Positions 12,201-27,383 are shown, numbered from the stretch's first letter. The stretch: 64,000 nt of DNA from Octopus vulgaris (GCA_951406725.2 OX597819.1:86986001-87050000); one strand, 5' to 3'. The notes: generated by a model from the letters alone, not told the origin. Program-made: numbers and translations.

Positions 12201-13202
12201 AATAAATGAAATAAAACATATGCATATATATAAACATATATGTACGTACCTACCTCTACATGTACATATACACGCATATATGAGTACAGGACACCAAAGG
12301 GACGTCGAACACAAAGAGAAACGAAAACATAGACACAAACCAAAGGAACTGGACATTTTTTTAAAAACAACAAAAAATGGAGTACTGGACAATTAACACA
12401 ACGAAAAAACCCCTTCTTCAGTCGCTATGGTTTCATCTACTCTACGTTTCGAAGGATAAAAGCGAGACGTATCTTCGACAAGAAACTTTCCTTCCTGCGA
12501 AAAGCAAATCAATTAAAATTCTGAGATCTTTTCGCAGAGGGGTAAAAAATGGTAAAAAAACAGGACAGTAACGACAGTACAAAAATATAAACAGTAAAAA
12601 AATAAACAGTAAAAAAATATAAACAGTAAAAAAATATAACAGTAAAAGACAGGACAGGGAAAAACAAGATAAGAAGGGCTGTTGGCGCCGAACGAAAAAA
12701 GTATTGCAAACGCAGAATTTTTTGTGAACGACAGGAGAGCAGGAAGAATGTCGTCCAGTTACCTTGAAGGCCAGGCCAAAAAGACAGTCAGAGCGGAAGT
12801 ATCGTCGCGGGTGGACGACGGGAAGGGGGGAGGAGGAGCAAGAGGAAGGGAGAGAAGAAGAGGAATGGCTGCGAGGAGACCATGAAGAATGGTGAGGGAG
12901 AGAGAGAGAGTGAAGAATGAGAGAGAGAGGAAGAGACGAGTTAAGTGGGGGAAAAAGAAAATCAAAGAATAGGGATGGGACAGAAAGGTGAAGAGTGCGC
13001 GTGAGAGTTAATATCAAGACAAAAACTTGATATACAGAACAATCTTACTTAAGAGAGTGCGTGCGTTTAGTCATATAATATATTAATAAATGAAATAAAT
13101 ATATATACATATAAAGTTAATCCAAACATGAAAACACAAAGAGAAAACACAACAACGCGAGGATGTGAGACAAGTATAGTGTTATTGGACGCTCAGGAAA
13201 GA

Positions 13203-13205
<3 letters not shown>
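10410..13205 (-). mobile_element. Cluster of non-coding Penelope-like terminal-repeat units with hammerhead-like cores
   Basis: Diverged duplicated units at ~11361-12150 and ~12197-13090. The 'cgctcaggaa' module at 10486 and 13190 is shared with 30796 and 43318. Cores CCGACGA..GAAAC (10513-10539), CTGGTGA/GAAAC (~11590-11630) and CTGAAGA/GAAAC (~12415-12450). Confidence 0.5.
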
Positions 13206-13245
<40 letters not shown>

Positions 13246-13850
13246 GAGAATCTACATAAAAGGCACCCAACATTTAGTACAAATTACATTTTTGGCATTC
13301 CTACACATGTGTGCATCAGTGATTTTGTTGCTTCATGACTTCCAGAAAAATAGATATCTTATAATGAAATTTCTATAAATACCTTTCTGAGTGTGTAGAT
13401 TACGATTCTATTGGAATTTAATATCAGAAAAGGAAGATTGGTCGACTCGTACACATACATAGTGACATGCATATTTACAAAATGAAACGTGAAATTTCGG
13501 GAAAGAGTGTGATGAGTATCAATATGTATGTGTGACCACTTTTTTTTTCTTTTTTCGTTTCGCATGTAATTCCGATTTAGTCGTGATTTACACACTCTGA
13601 AAAGATTTTGTAGAAGAGTACATTAAAAAATACTCATTTTCTGAGACTTATGAGGAAGAAAAGCCAACTCGCGTGAGTTTTCCGAAACTCATCTATCAAG
13701 TTACAGAAATTTTTTTTGACAACAAATTCCAATATAATCAGATTCTACACCATTTGAATTGCATATGTAGAAAGTTCCATAAAAGAATATCCATTTTTCT
13801 GGAAGTTATGAAGAAACAAAGACGGTGGGGCACACATGCCTCTTATTTAA

Positions 13851-13943
<93 letters not shown>

Positions 13944-14013
13944 CGTATAACTCCAAACTTACAGGGAAAAATTCAATTTAGTATTAAATCAAATTGCACA
14001 ATATAATATATAA

Positions 14014-14308
14014 TATATATAAATTAGAGAAAAACAACTATTATGTAATTCAAACAATGGAGACATAAACCAAATTATTAAGGAAAAAATAAAATATATT
14101 ATAAAACATATAACTAGATTACAAAAAGTACGAAAATGAATAAACAATATATAATAAGTAATAAGTACTTACATATTGTTTATTCATTTTTGTACTTTTT
14201 GTAATTTAGTTATATGTTTTATGATATATTTTATTTTTCCTTATAATTTGACTTATGTCTATCATTGTTTGAATTACATAATACTGGTTTTTCTCTAATT
14301 CATATATA
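14014..14308. repeat. Long imperfect inverted repeat, arms ~145 bp, centre ~14163
   Basis: Left arm 'aattagagaaaaacaactattatgtaattcaaacaatg...gaataaacaatat' is mirrored by 'atattgtttattc...cattgtttgaattacataatactggtttttctctaatt'. Confidence 0.92.
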
Positions 14309-14774
14309 TACTAGCAGAGATACCCGGCTCTGCCCGTTATACATACAATTGAAGAATTAGACTTTTCTGTTATGTTTTCTCTAATGAACTGGTATATCTA
14401 TGTTTCGAATTTCATCAAAATTGCAGATGAGGGTTATTTCTCTCTTTACACACCCCCAAAAAATTGTAATCGTGCCACTTATATTACTGATTTTTATGCG
14501 CATATTCCAAAATTCCAGTTTTATTGAACCTCTTAAAAAGATTTTGCTCCTGGAAAATGAAGGTCATAGAGCTCTAAAATGTGAGAGTTAAGGCCCCTGT
14601 TGGGGGTGGGCATCTTAATGTCAACCAGAGAAGTTGAATTGTTGAGAATCTTTTTAACTTGGGTCTTATATCTATTGTTTGAATTTCTTTGAAATAGGAA
14701 ATATATGTTCACTGGGTTTGTAAAAGAGAGCAAAGCTACAGGAAACCAAAAGTTGGCCTATGGAGAATATCATG

Positions 14775-16005
14775 TCAATATCCTTCTAAAGCCACACTGC
14801 GATTCTGGATAAATTCGAGAAGCAAGCAGTTGTAGCCTGGACAGGATAACGCGAGCAAAGACCTTTCCAACAGTCCACGGTAATTGTTACAATCACCACG
14901 TTCACCTTTGTTTTTGTAAAGCGTATCCTGAGGGACTGTACCCTCTCCCCAGCACTGACACAGAAGCTCATGAATGTGCCGAAACAGGATATTGTTTTTG
15001 CCGGTTTTGATGATCTCTAAGGGGATGACGTCTTTTCCTGGAGCCTTGTTACTTGCTAGGGAGTCAATAGCCTTGGTGAGCTCTGCTATAGATGGTAGAC
15101 TGTCAAGTTCACACATGACTGGCAAGATCTTGACACCCTCGATTGCAGCCTCAGCTACCGTGGTCTCCCGTGAGTAGAGATCCTGGTAGTACTCCACCCA
15201 TCTATCCATTTGCTTGCTTTGGTCCTTGATGAGATCTCCAGTAGTTGATTTCTGAGGGGCTGACTTGGTTGCGGATGGACCGAAGGCCTTCTTCAAACCG
15301 GCATACATCCCACGGGTGTCCCCACTGTCAAGAGCTGACTGGATACTCTGACAGATTTCCTGCCAATACCTATTTGCACAGCGCCTGGCAGTCAGTTGGG
15401 TTATATTTCTTGCCTTTCTGAGTTCTTCGAGTGACTTTGTAGAAGAATCACTCTTGTATTGCATCAGAGCCGCACGCTTTGCTTCGATAACTGTTTCCAG
15501 CTCTGAGAGCCCAGGACTGAACCAATCTGGATTTTGCCTTTCTCTCATGCCGAAAGTATCTATTGATGTGGTATACAAAGCTTCCCTGATATAATTCCAC
15601 CTACTTTCAGCAGAGGAGGTTGGGCAGCTACTGAGGACAACCTTGATGGAAACAGCAAAACATTTTAGCACTGTAGGGTCCGAGGTTCTGGCAGTGTTAA
15701 TGCGTGGTCGGCCCATTTTCTTGGAGTAATGGACTTTGTTAGGCAGAATCCTCACCCTGCTTCTTATTAGTGAATGATGTATGTCACAATCCGCACTGTG
15801 GTAACTACAGGTCAGTTGAACAGACTTCAGAAAGGATCTTCGTGTAATGAGATCCAGTTGATGCCAGTGGTGAGATATTGGATGTCTCCAAGACGCCTTG
15901 TGGGATGTCTTGTTGGCAAAGAATGTGTTGGTGATGCACGGGTTATGGTATGTGCAAAATCCAAGTAGTCTCTGACCATTGTCATTCATGTTGCCAATAC
16001 CAAAA
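14775..16005 (-). mobile_element. RTE (BovB-like) LINE fragment: APE C-terminus to RT N-terminus
   Basis: 'GIGNMNDNGQRLL..C...ITNTFF..K..SWRHP.S.HWHQLDLI', 'SADCDIHHSLI', 'KAPGKD.IP.E', 'LYKNKGERGDCNNYRG'. Confidence 0.92.
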
Positions 16006-16072
16006 ATCATACACTTACATATATACATACATATATATACGATTGATTTGTTTCAGTTCCTGTCTACGAAGT

Positions 16073-16142
<70 letters not shown>

Positions 16143-16229
16143 CGCACACACACATAGATAAATTGATAGATACAACTGAGTGGGCAAACAAAAATATGAG
16201 ACACTGCGTAGTGCTTTTTTATATTTTGA

Positions 16230-16540
16230 TAAGCCTGATTCTTATTCTATCAGTTTCTTCTTGTGAAACCAGTAAGTTATGGGGATGTAAATAAACGAAC
16301 AGCAGTTGTGAAGCAGTAATGAGGGAGAAACACAAAAACACACACATAGACTTACATATATACATACATATACATACAATTGGTTTCTTTCAGTTTCTGT
16401 CTACAAAATCCACTGACAAGGTTTTGGTTGGTCTGAGGCTTTAGCAGAAGACACGTGCCAAGTTACCACACAGTGGGACTAAACTGAGGACCATGTGTTT
16501 TGGAACCAAGTTTATTACCACACAGCCAAACCTGCACCTA
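16230..16540 (-). mobile_element. SINE family A (diverged)
   Basis: 'ctttcagtttctgtctacaaaatccactgacaagg...cagtgggactaaactgaggaccatgtg'. Confidence 0.7.
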
Positions 16541-16701
16541 TGTATGCGTGGGTGGGAGGGTGGATGGAGGTGTGTGAATGGGTGTATATATGTATGCATG
16601 TATATATGTATATATATATATGTGTATATATTACATGTACATCTATATATATACATCGAGACATACATGTATACATATACATATATATCTATAGAAATAC
16701 A

Positions 16702-16785
<84 letters not shown>

Positions 16786-16989
16786 CATATAAATACAATA
16801 GAGAGTTGTTTTTATTTCACGTTTAACACGTAATACTGAAATAGTGGAGAAGATATGATGTTGCTGTGGGCCTGCCCTAGGCAAGAAGTTAAACATATAT
16901 TTGCCCATGACACTCCAAGGACCCTAAGTAAGGCATGTGTAAAATTTGAATGAAATTGGTTGTGTAGTTCTCAAGTTTTAGGGATCCAC

Positions 16990-17020
<31 letters not shown>

Positions 17021-17047
17021 TTCTCAGTTCTATATATATAGATAGAC

Positions 17048-18175
17048 TAGGAAGGGATTAGCATTAGCTAAGGACTTGGAGGAAGCAATGGAATCTGGCT
17101 CTGCAGCTCAGGTGACGGCCAAGAGGCTGGCGTTAAACCAGCATCTCGAAGCCCAACATATGGGTTGCATTGTTGGAGCTAGGATTTGTACATTGGTTGT
17201 GAAGGAATCAAGGCAGCAGGATGGGCCCGAGTTATGGAAGCCCAACGTGGCAATGATGGCACAATTCGATCTTTGATTAACCAAAGAGATAAGTTGATAA
17301 ACGAGCCGGAGGAGATGCATGAGGTCTTTCAGGAGCACTTCACCCAGCTTTTCGTGGTGGATGAAGCGGACTGGACAGTAACAGGGACTTATCGGATTTC
17401 CTTGCCGGGCTGCAGCGCCTCTCGGAGCTTGACGCGGAGTGTTGTGAAGGACCGATCACGCCTGAGGAGGTAATTGAGGCTATGGCGCACCGCGACGCGA
17501 GTAAAGCACTGGAACTGGATGGTCTACCCTATGAACTGTATAAGAGTATGCCAGACTTGTTCGGGCACCTGCTGGCGAATGTCTACGCGAACTGGTAGAA
17601 CTGATATTCCATCTCTCGGGCAACACCTGCGGTAGTGGTTCTATCACATTCTTCTATAGAGGGTTGGTAGAGGCGAAATGTAACGATAGCTTGGGGAAGC
17701 CCTAGGTCTCGACAATAATCAGCTGGCCAATCTGTTCCAACGTACATTCGGGCCGAAGACACTGGATAACTTCCAGGTGTCTTTGGCATGGCAATGTTAC
17801 CAACGAGCCTTACCTGTCCGAGACAAACTCGCAATCATGGTGGCCCTAACCCACCGACCTGTCCAAGATGTGGGCGAATCAGGGAAACCGTCCCGCATGC
17901 TATTGTTCAGTGTTCGGTGGTTTCAGATGTGTAGGTTTATGCCGAACAACTATTGTCTAGTACAGGAAGAGTACAGTTATCGACTGAGTCAATAGTAGAA
18001 ATTGACCCACCGGATTTCCTATCGAAAGAAGGTAAGAATTGCTTTCTCATCGTAGTAGCAATTGCAAGAAAGGTGATTTGGAAGACGCGAATGAAAGGTT
18101 TAATAACAGGCATTTTTATCTCTGGCCCTGGTTTGGTGGATTTCTTCACCTTCCACCTAAGAAGGAAAATAGAGC
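17048..18175 (+). mobile_element. Tx1/L1-clade LINE pseudogene with internal deletion of the RT core
   Basis: 'EMHEVFQEHFTQLF' and 'PITPEEVIEAM...LDGLPYELYKSMPDLFG' are joined at ~17600 to a C-terminus homologous to 7860-8400 ('[15 protein letters not shown]'). Confidence 0.85.
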
Positions 18176-19386
18176 TACAAAACGTAGCCTCAGTCCAGTC
18201 AAGAGAGCAAAAATCGTGATATTCCAGCAGCAAAAAGTTTCCTTTTCGAACATCAGTAAACTACTAAAGTGCAGTAAAACGGCTTGCGTGCAAGCGTGTA
18301 AGTTATTTTCGGAGACTGGTCAATATAAAGATCAGCAAAGGAATGGCGCCCCAAGAAAAAGGATGGCGCAGTTGGACCGTCGAATCCACCGACTTTCGGA
18401 AGGCAACTGAATGCTGACAGACGTTGACATTTGTAAACAATTGTCCAGTGAGAATGGTATTATTTTTACACCATAAACCGTCCGCAACCGTTTGGGAGAA
18501 TTTGGACTACATTGAAAAAGCCAATAATATCGAAAAAGTCGACTCAAACGTCTTAATTTCGCAAAAAGCCATGCTCAATAGACAGCCGAAGATTGGTGCA
18601 GGGTCCTTTGGAGTGACGAGTCACGCTTCTGAATATTTGGATCAGATGGTAAAACGTAAGTCAGACGTCGCCCAACCGAGGAATTCCATCCGAAATGCGT
18701 GAAAAAGACGACGCAAGCGGGGGTGGGGGTGATGGTGTGGGCGGCATTTAGTAGCTTTGGTGTTGGCCCTCTAGTTAAAGTTGATAGAAAGCTAAATAGT
18801 GTAGGTTTTATGAATCTAATAAAGGATAATGTGCCATATTTGACTCACCAAATGCCTCCGGGGCTATTTATCAGCAGGACAATAGTCCTGTGCACATATC
18901 CAAAAATGTTATAGAATTATTTGATCACCATAATATTGACGTAATCGAATGGCCTCCCCAGAGCCCGAACCTAAATCCGATCGAGAACTTGTGGAATTAT
19001 GCTAAAAAAACCATCTAATCCAAAACAATTATTCGATTATATCAATGAAATATGGCAAAACATTCCCATAGAATTTTTTAATCACTTAGCCAATTCACTA
19101 GTTATTAAGAATGATACGGTCTTAAACTAATTTTGCCGGTAAATTTGAAACGTTTATATTTAGCATTATCATTTTATAAGAAATTGAACTTTTATCATCG
19201 GTTTTAAATTTATAAATATTCCTCGGTTATAGTAGTAAATCAGTACATAATGGAATATTCCCATAAGCTATTATTTGCATGATTAAGTAAGCGTTCTCCA
19301 GTCAATCGTTTAAATTTCTTATTTAAGTCTAGTAGTAATCCTCATTACTGCGTGGCAAATTGTCATCATATTATGCCGCCTTACTG
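18176..19386 (+). mobile_element. Tc1 (DD34E) transposase pseudogene; left end missing
   Basis: Paired-like HTH, 'VLWSDESRF', 'VMVWAAFS', 'QQDNSPVH...WPPQSPNLNPIENLW' with 34 residues between D and E. Several stops are present. A possible right TIR ends ~19386. Confidence 0.9.
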
Positions 19387-19494
19387 GATTTTACTTGAAG
19401 AAAGGAACCCCGACAACCCGTTAAAACTTTTCTGACAGCTGCAGGTATGTAATAATACTCTCAATTGCCTCATTGAATTTGCCTTTATATATTA

Positions 19495-19600
19495 AGGATG
19501 GAAGGCAAAGTCGACCTCGGCGGAATTTGAACTCAGAACGTAACGGCAGACGAAATACCGCTAAGCATTTCGCCCGGCGTGCTAACAGTTCTGCCAGCCC
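19495..19600 (-). mobile_element. SINE family B 5' part
   Basis: 'aaggcaaagtcgacctcggcggaatttgaactcagaacgt...gctaacagttctgccag'. Confidence 0.8.
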
Positions 19601-19834
19601 ACTAATAATAATAACGATTTCATTTATTTGCCACCAGGGTGAATGATAATAGATAATAATAGAATGGCCAGCAGAACTGCTACAAAACGTTTGCCTGCTT
19701 GGCACGGCCAGAATAATCAGTTTAGTATTAGATAGTTTAAAAAGAACTGATTGCATGATACCCTAAACTGCAGGCAGCGACCTCGCTACGCATGCAAGAC
19801 TCCGGGAGTTACAAGAAAACCTGAGATAAAAAGA

Positions 19835-20148
19835 AATGATGGTGATGATGATGATGATGATGGTGGTATTGTAGATACCATCGCAGCTGCTGGCGTTTTT
19901 TGTAGAGTTGACAACAGTGTAGTGGAGGTGGTGGTGGTGGTGGTGTTGATGCTTGTGGTTGCTAGTGGTGGTGGTGGTAGTGGTGGAAGCATTGTTGTTG
20001 ATGTAGTTGATGCTGATTTGATATTGTTGTTGCTGTTGTTTTTGTAAAACCGAAGATGACGATGATGATGATGATGGCACTGGTTGTGATTGTGTTGGCC
20101 TGGTAATGTGATGGAGCGCCTCATACTGGTGTGGCTATCGCTGGCACT

Positions 20149-20188
<40 letters not shown>

Positions 20189-20782
20189 AGTAGTGGTGAT
20201 GCTGGTTTTGGTGGTGGTGGTGGTGGTGGTAGTAGTGTAGTAGTAGTAGTAGTAGTAGTAGGCGAGGGTGGTAGTGATGGTGGTGGTAGTGGAGGTGCAA
20301 CTACTGCTGCTGGTGATGATGATAGTGGTGGTGGTGATGGTGGCGGCGGTGCTGTTGTTGTTGTTGTTGGTGGTGGTAGTGGCGGTGACGGCGGCAGTGG
20401 TGGTGATGCTGCTGCTGATGATGATGATAGTTGTGCGGGTGGCGCTGCTGCTGCTGTCGGTCGTAGCGTTAACTATTTGTCCAAGTGATATGAAACGATG
20501 GGTCCTGAATGAAATGATTTGGAAGATGGTGTCAATGGCAACATTCCATTTAGAATGACGTCGATTGGATTAAAAATATCAGAACCAGAACTGCTAAAGG
20601 GCTTAGAACGGCAATTATTTGAATAATGGTGATCACGGTCGCCAAGACAGCAAATTGTTGTGTGAATAACAACTCAAGATACCCGTACCAAGAAATAAGA
20701 CACCCATTTCATAACCCGAAAGCTGCTGCTGCTACTACTACTACTACTATTACCACCACCATCACCAACCACCACCACCACC

Positions 20783-20813
<31 letters not shown>

Positions 20814-21100
20814 GTTGCAGAATCGTGACTACACATCCAAACTACGTCATCACCACCAGCACCACCAACAACAACGACACCATCATCATCACAATCTTAT
20901 CCTCATTATCACTATCATCATCATCATCGTCTTCGTTGTCGTCGTCGTCATGATCGTCGTCGACGTCATCATCATCAACATCATTAGTACATCCCGAAAC
21001 AACGTAAAAATAAACAACTCCAAAAACACAAAAAACTATAGCAGTATCAAGGTAAGTACTAACAATAGCAGCAGAATTAATAGCTGCTGCTACTACTACA
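19835..21100. repeat. Extended trinucleotide low-complexity region (GGT/GAT/AGT, then ACC/ATC)
   Basis: Read directly from the sequence. Confidence 0.9.
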
Positions 21101-21189
21101 AGGGGGTACAGAAAAGTTCCTGGCTTTAAGGGAATCCGAGTTCACTTACAGGAGGCATGATCTTAGTCCGAAATCTTTCAATATAATTT

Positions 21190-22075
21190 CTGGCCTATTC
21201 GTTTATATTTGTGTCAGTTTGAATGGTGAATTTCCAGAGGAGTGAGATGTGATCCTTTTCAAGCATTGGAGGTGGTTTGTGTTTGCACCAGTTTTTATCA
21301 TGGTGTAGGTCCAAGATTTTGCAAATTACCCAGTGAATATATTATGTTGCTCTATCATGCCTGTTGAGATACTCCGTAGGTGCAAGAAGGCTGCACATGG
21401 AGACAACATGATCAAACACTTCATTTTGTTGTTGACATAAACGACATGTTGGGCAGCTGCCGTTCTTTAATATGTTGGCCCGGTAATTTCTTATAGGTAG
21501 GGATTGATCTTAGGCTGCTATGATAAACCCTTCAGTTTTCGATTTTAAGCCAGAAGCCACTAACCATTGATGGGTAAGGGCTTTGTCAACATCGGTGTTA
21601 TTAGCCCATTTTGGGTATTTACCATTGAGAGGTTTTTCTTGACATTTATCAGTAAGAATATCTAAGGCAGCAGTTTTTGCACGGAATTTCATACGCTTAG
21701 CTTTTTCTGTGCTTGTTTCCAGCACGTCTAATTCTGGATTTTGTTGTATTTGGAATTCACTTTGATATTCTTTTGCCTGTTTTGTTCCTTTGCCTTTTTT
21801 GTATGATGCTTTCTTGTTTTCATGCTTTGTGACAAGTTTTAACATCCATTCATCAGAGTTTTTCAGGTAGGTGTCTAGGCCAATTGTGGCAAACTTCATT
21901 GTTAATTCCAGTTGTAAAAGTCTTCGCCTCCCTCTTTTCTTGGCAGATAAAGCCGTTCTATATCTGCCTTAGAGTGGTGCATTCTATTCATTGTCAAAAA
22001 TTTTCGTATTTTTCTGTCAAGATTACATATTTCAGTAATTGACCAGTTAATGATATTGAAACTGTAAGTCACGAC
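21190..22075 (-). mobile_element. R4/Dong-like (RLE) non-LTR retrotransposon fragment, post-RT region and zinc knuckle
   Basis: 'LTHQWLVASGLKSKTEGFIIAA' is followed by a C-x2-C..H..C region and 'EYLNRHD', typical of the R4 clade. Confidence 0.8.
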
Positions 22076-22081
22076 TGGTGT

Positions 22082-22155
<74 letters not shown>

Positions 22156-22167
22156 TTATTATTATTC

Positions 22168-22470
22168 TCTAGTCTTATTTTATCACGTTCTTTTACTGCA
22201 TTATCTAGCGCAGCTGTGTGTGCCTTGGGAATGTGTTGTGATACTCTTATAGTTACAGTATTGAAAGTGTTTTATTAGGATATAGGCGGTGCCTAGTAGT
22301 GTTATTTGCTGTATGTTATATAAATTTGTTAGTCCTGGTGTTTTTGCTATGTATTTGTGTGAATATTTTTTATCATACCTAATGCTCCTATTATAATTGT
22401 TTCTGTTTATAGACTCCACAGTCGAGTTACCTCTGTTTCCAGGTCTTTGTATTTTGAAAGTTTCTCCATG
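22168..22470 (-). mobile_element. R4/Dong-like element 3' end (RLE C-terminus plus 3'UTR) ending in (AAT)n(AGT)n(AGC)n
   Basis: 'KYKDLETEVTRLW', 'IIIGALGMIKK', 'IQQITLLGTAYIL', then a short UTR running into a trinucleotide tract. Confidence 0.8.
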
Positions 22471-22643
22471 AGTGTGTGTATGTATGTATGTATGTATTAT
22501 GTATGTATATGTATATATACGTATACATGTTTATGTGTGTGTCAGTGTGAAGCCTTGTGTATATGTCTGTGAATATGCGTGTGTGTCGATATATATGTGC
22601 ATGTGTGAATGCATATAAGTATGCATATATCCTTTATACTATA

Positions 22644-25125
<2,482 letters not shown>

Positions 25126-25160
25126 TTTCTTAATATATGCGAGTATATATACTTATAATA

Positions 25161-26325
25161 TACAGGCTGCGTAAGGTATTTGAGAACATACCTTTTGGGG
25201 GTCATTACTGCCTGTTTTATTAACTCTGTATAATCTTTGTTTCAGAAAATAATAATGGCAGACCCTCAGCTTATTCATGTAATGAAGTGGCATGCTGCTA
25301 TTGTGGTTATAAAGGCTGAGTGTAGCGATTTAGAAATATCTCGATATTTAAAAGTTGCTGGATCTTTCGTCTACAAAGTTTGTAAGGAGCTAGAGACTGA
25401 AGATGGAAACGTATCACCAGTATTAAATCATATAAAGCATTCTAAATGCTCTGAAATCATCAGAACATCTGAATTTATCCAGCAAGTTCAACAGACCATT
25501 GCTTACAATCCCAGAGAGGGAGAAAGGGAGTCCATGAAGTCAATTGCAAAAGATCTCTATGTGTCAGATGAAAAGTCAGAAATGTTGTCCACGAAGACAT
25601 CAGATATATGGTGAGGAAAGGTCAATTTGTCAGAGAAAGCAAAAGAAAATCACTACATCAGATCTAAAAGACTCTTAAACAAACTGGGAAATCCATCAGA
25701 AGAAGATTTGATTTAGTTTTTGAAATGACAGGTGGTTATGTGCAGATCCTCCTGAAATTCCAAGTGCTATGCATACAAAATTTCATACAACTGTTATGGT
25801 TTTAGGGGTTATCAGCAATGAAGGACATGTGACACCTCCTTACTTCTTTCCACAAGGCGTTAGAACCAACTCTGCCGCCTACATTGAGGTCCTGTAAATA
25901 ATTGTTAAGGTCATGTGTTTCAGGAAGACTCTGCTCTATCACACGTCTCTAGTAACACAGGAATGGATGGCTGAACATTTTTATTATCACATAACCCATA
26001 ACATTTGGCTTCCTAATTCCCCAGATCTCAATCCATTGGACTATTACGTGTGGAGCGTTGTTGAGAGAGAGGTCAAAGAACACGCCTTTCTTTGAAAGCT
26101 GCCATAGTCAGAGTAATGTCCAGCACCATTTGATTCGAGCATGTAGATGATTTAGAACTCGTATACAATCTGTTGTTGAAGCTGAAGGTGGCTTTATTGA
26201 ATAACATTCTAGAAAAGAAGGTCTATATTTATCCTCATAACATTTTTTGATAAATAAAGTTATTATCTGTTATTATATGTGTTTTTTTAATAAACATTTT
26301 TATAAATCTGTCCTCAAATATCTGT
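25161..26325 (+). mobile_element. maT/DD37D-type Tc1/mariner transposon, degenerate
   Basis: TIR remnants 'ggtatttgagaaca' and 'tgtcctcaaatatc'. 'VMVLGVISNEG' and 'QED...WLPNSPDLNPLDYYVW' give 37 residues D-D after correcting one frameshift. Confidence 0.85.
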
Positions 26326-26394
26326 ATATGTGCATGTATGTATCTATCTGTGCATATATGTATATATGTGTACGTATTCTTAAATATAACCTAT

Positions 26395-26764
26395 GGATGA
26401 AAGCACTCCGTCGGTTACGACGATGAGGGTTCCGGTTGATCCGAATCAACGGAACAGCCTACTCGTGAAATTAACGTGTAAGTGGCTGAGCACTCCACAG
26501 ACACGTGCACCCTTAACGTAGTTCTCGGGGATATTCAGCGTGACACAGAGAGTGACAAGGCCGGCCCCTTGAAATACAGGTACAACAGAAACAGGAAGTA
26601 AGAGTGAGAGAAATTTGTGGTGAAAGAGTACAGCAGGGTTCACCACCATCCCCTGCCGGAGCCTCGTGGAGCTTTTAGGTGTTTTCGCTCAATAAACACT
26701 CACAACACCCGGTCTGGGAATCGAAACCGTGTTCCTATAACCACTGGGCCATTGCGCCTCCACC
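26395..26764 (-). mobile_element. SINE family C with 14-bp TSD
   Basis: TSD taaatataacctat at 26381-26394 and 26765-26778. Highly similar to 33044-33423, with a ~20 bp deletion in the tRNA head. Confidence 0.93.
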
Positions 26765-26850
26765 TAAATATAACCTATATCATATTTATCAATAGATGAA
26801 CACACGTTCGTGTGTATTTGTGCATGTATGTGTATTTGCGTACGTGTGTG

Positions 26851-26922
<72 letters not shown>

Positions 26923-27383
26923 AAAGAGAGAGAGAGAGAGAGAGTGTGCTACTTAGGAGTGTACTTTGTGATGTGAATCGAAATTACCGGTTTTGTTTTT
27001 TTTTTTGCTTTTTAACAATTCAACAGGATCCACTTATGTCGCCTACGTAAAAGTACTGGGAGAAAGTTTTATTGTTGAATGACTACTTGCTTAAATAGAA
27101 ACACCATGTGCTTGACGCAACCCATTTATTGTAAGGTTGACGACCCAACAACGAAACATTTGATACAGAGAGAACGAGTGAATAGAGGCAGAGGGAAAAG
27201 AAATATAAGAGCAGCCTCTGTTAGGAAAGAGAAATGCTTAAAAAAGGGAAAGATCCTTAATCTTAAGGAATGCGAATTATTTTGATTTGAAATGCATATC
27301 TTGAGGCAAGCAACCGGTAATAAGTATAAGTGACTATGTGTGTTTGTCATCGTTCGTATAGACCCCACCGCCATATACATAAT

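Larger units (their letters stand above)
14311..17042 (-). mobile_element. Non-autonomous Helitron-like element carrying nested RTE and SINE insertions
   Basis: Minus-strand 5' end A|TCTATATAT followed by (GTCT)n at 17042. 3' end has GC-rich hairpin remnant cgggcagagccggg, then CTAG|T at 14311. Linking the two ends into one element is inference. Confidence 0.6.

Noticed and set aside
20460-20720. Unique island between trinucleotide tracts with a short open frame
   Set aside because: No convincing splice sites or recognisable protein motif.
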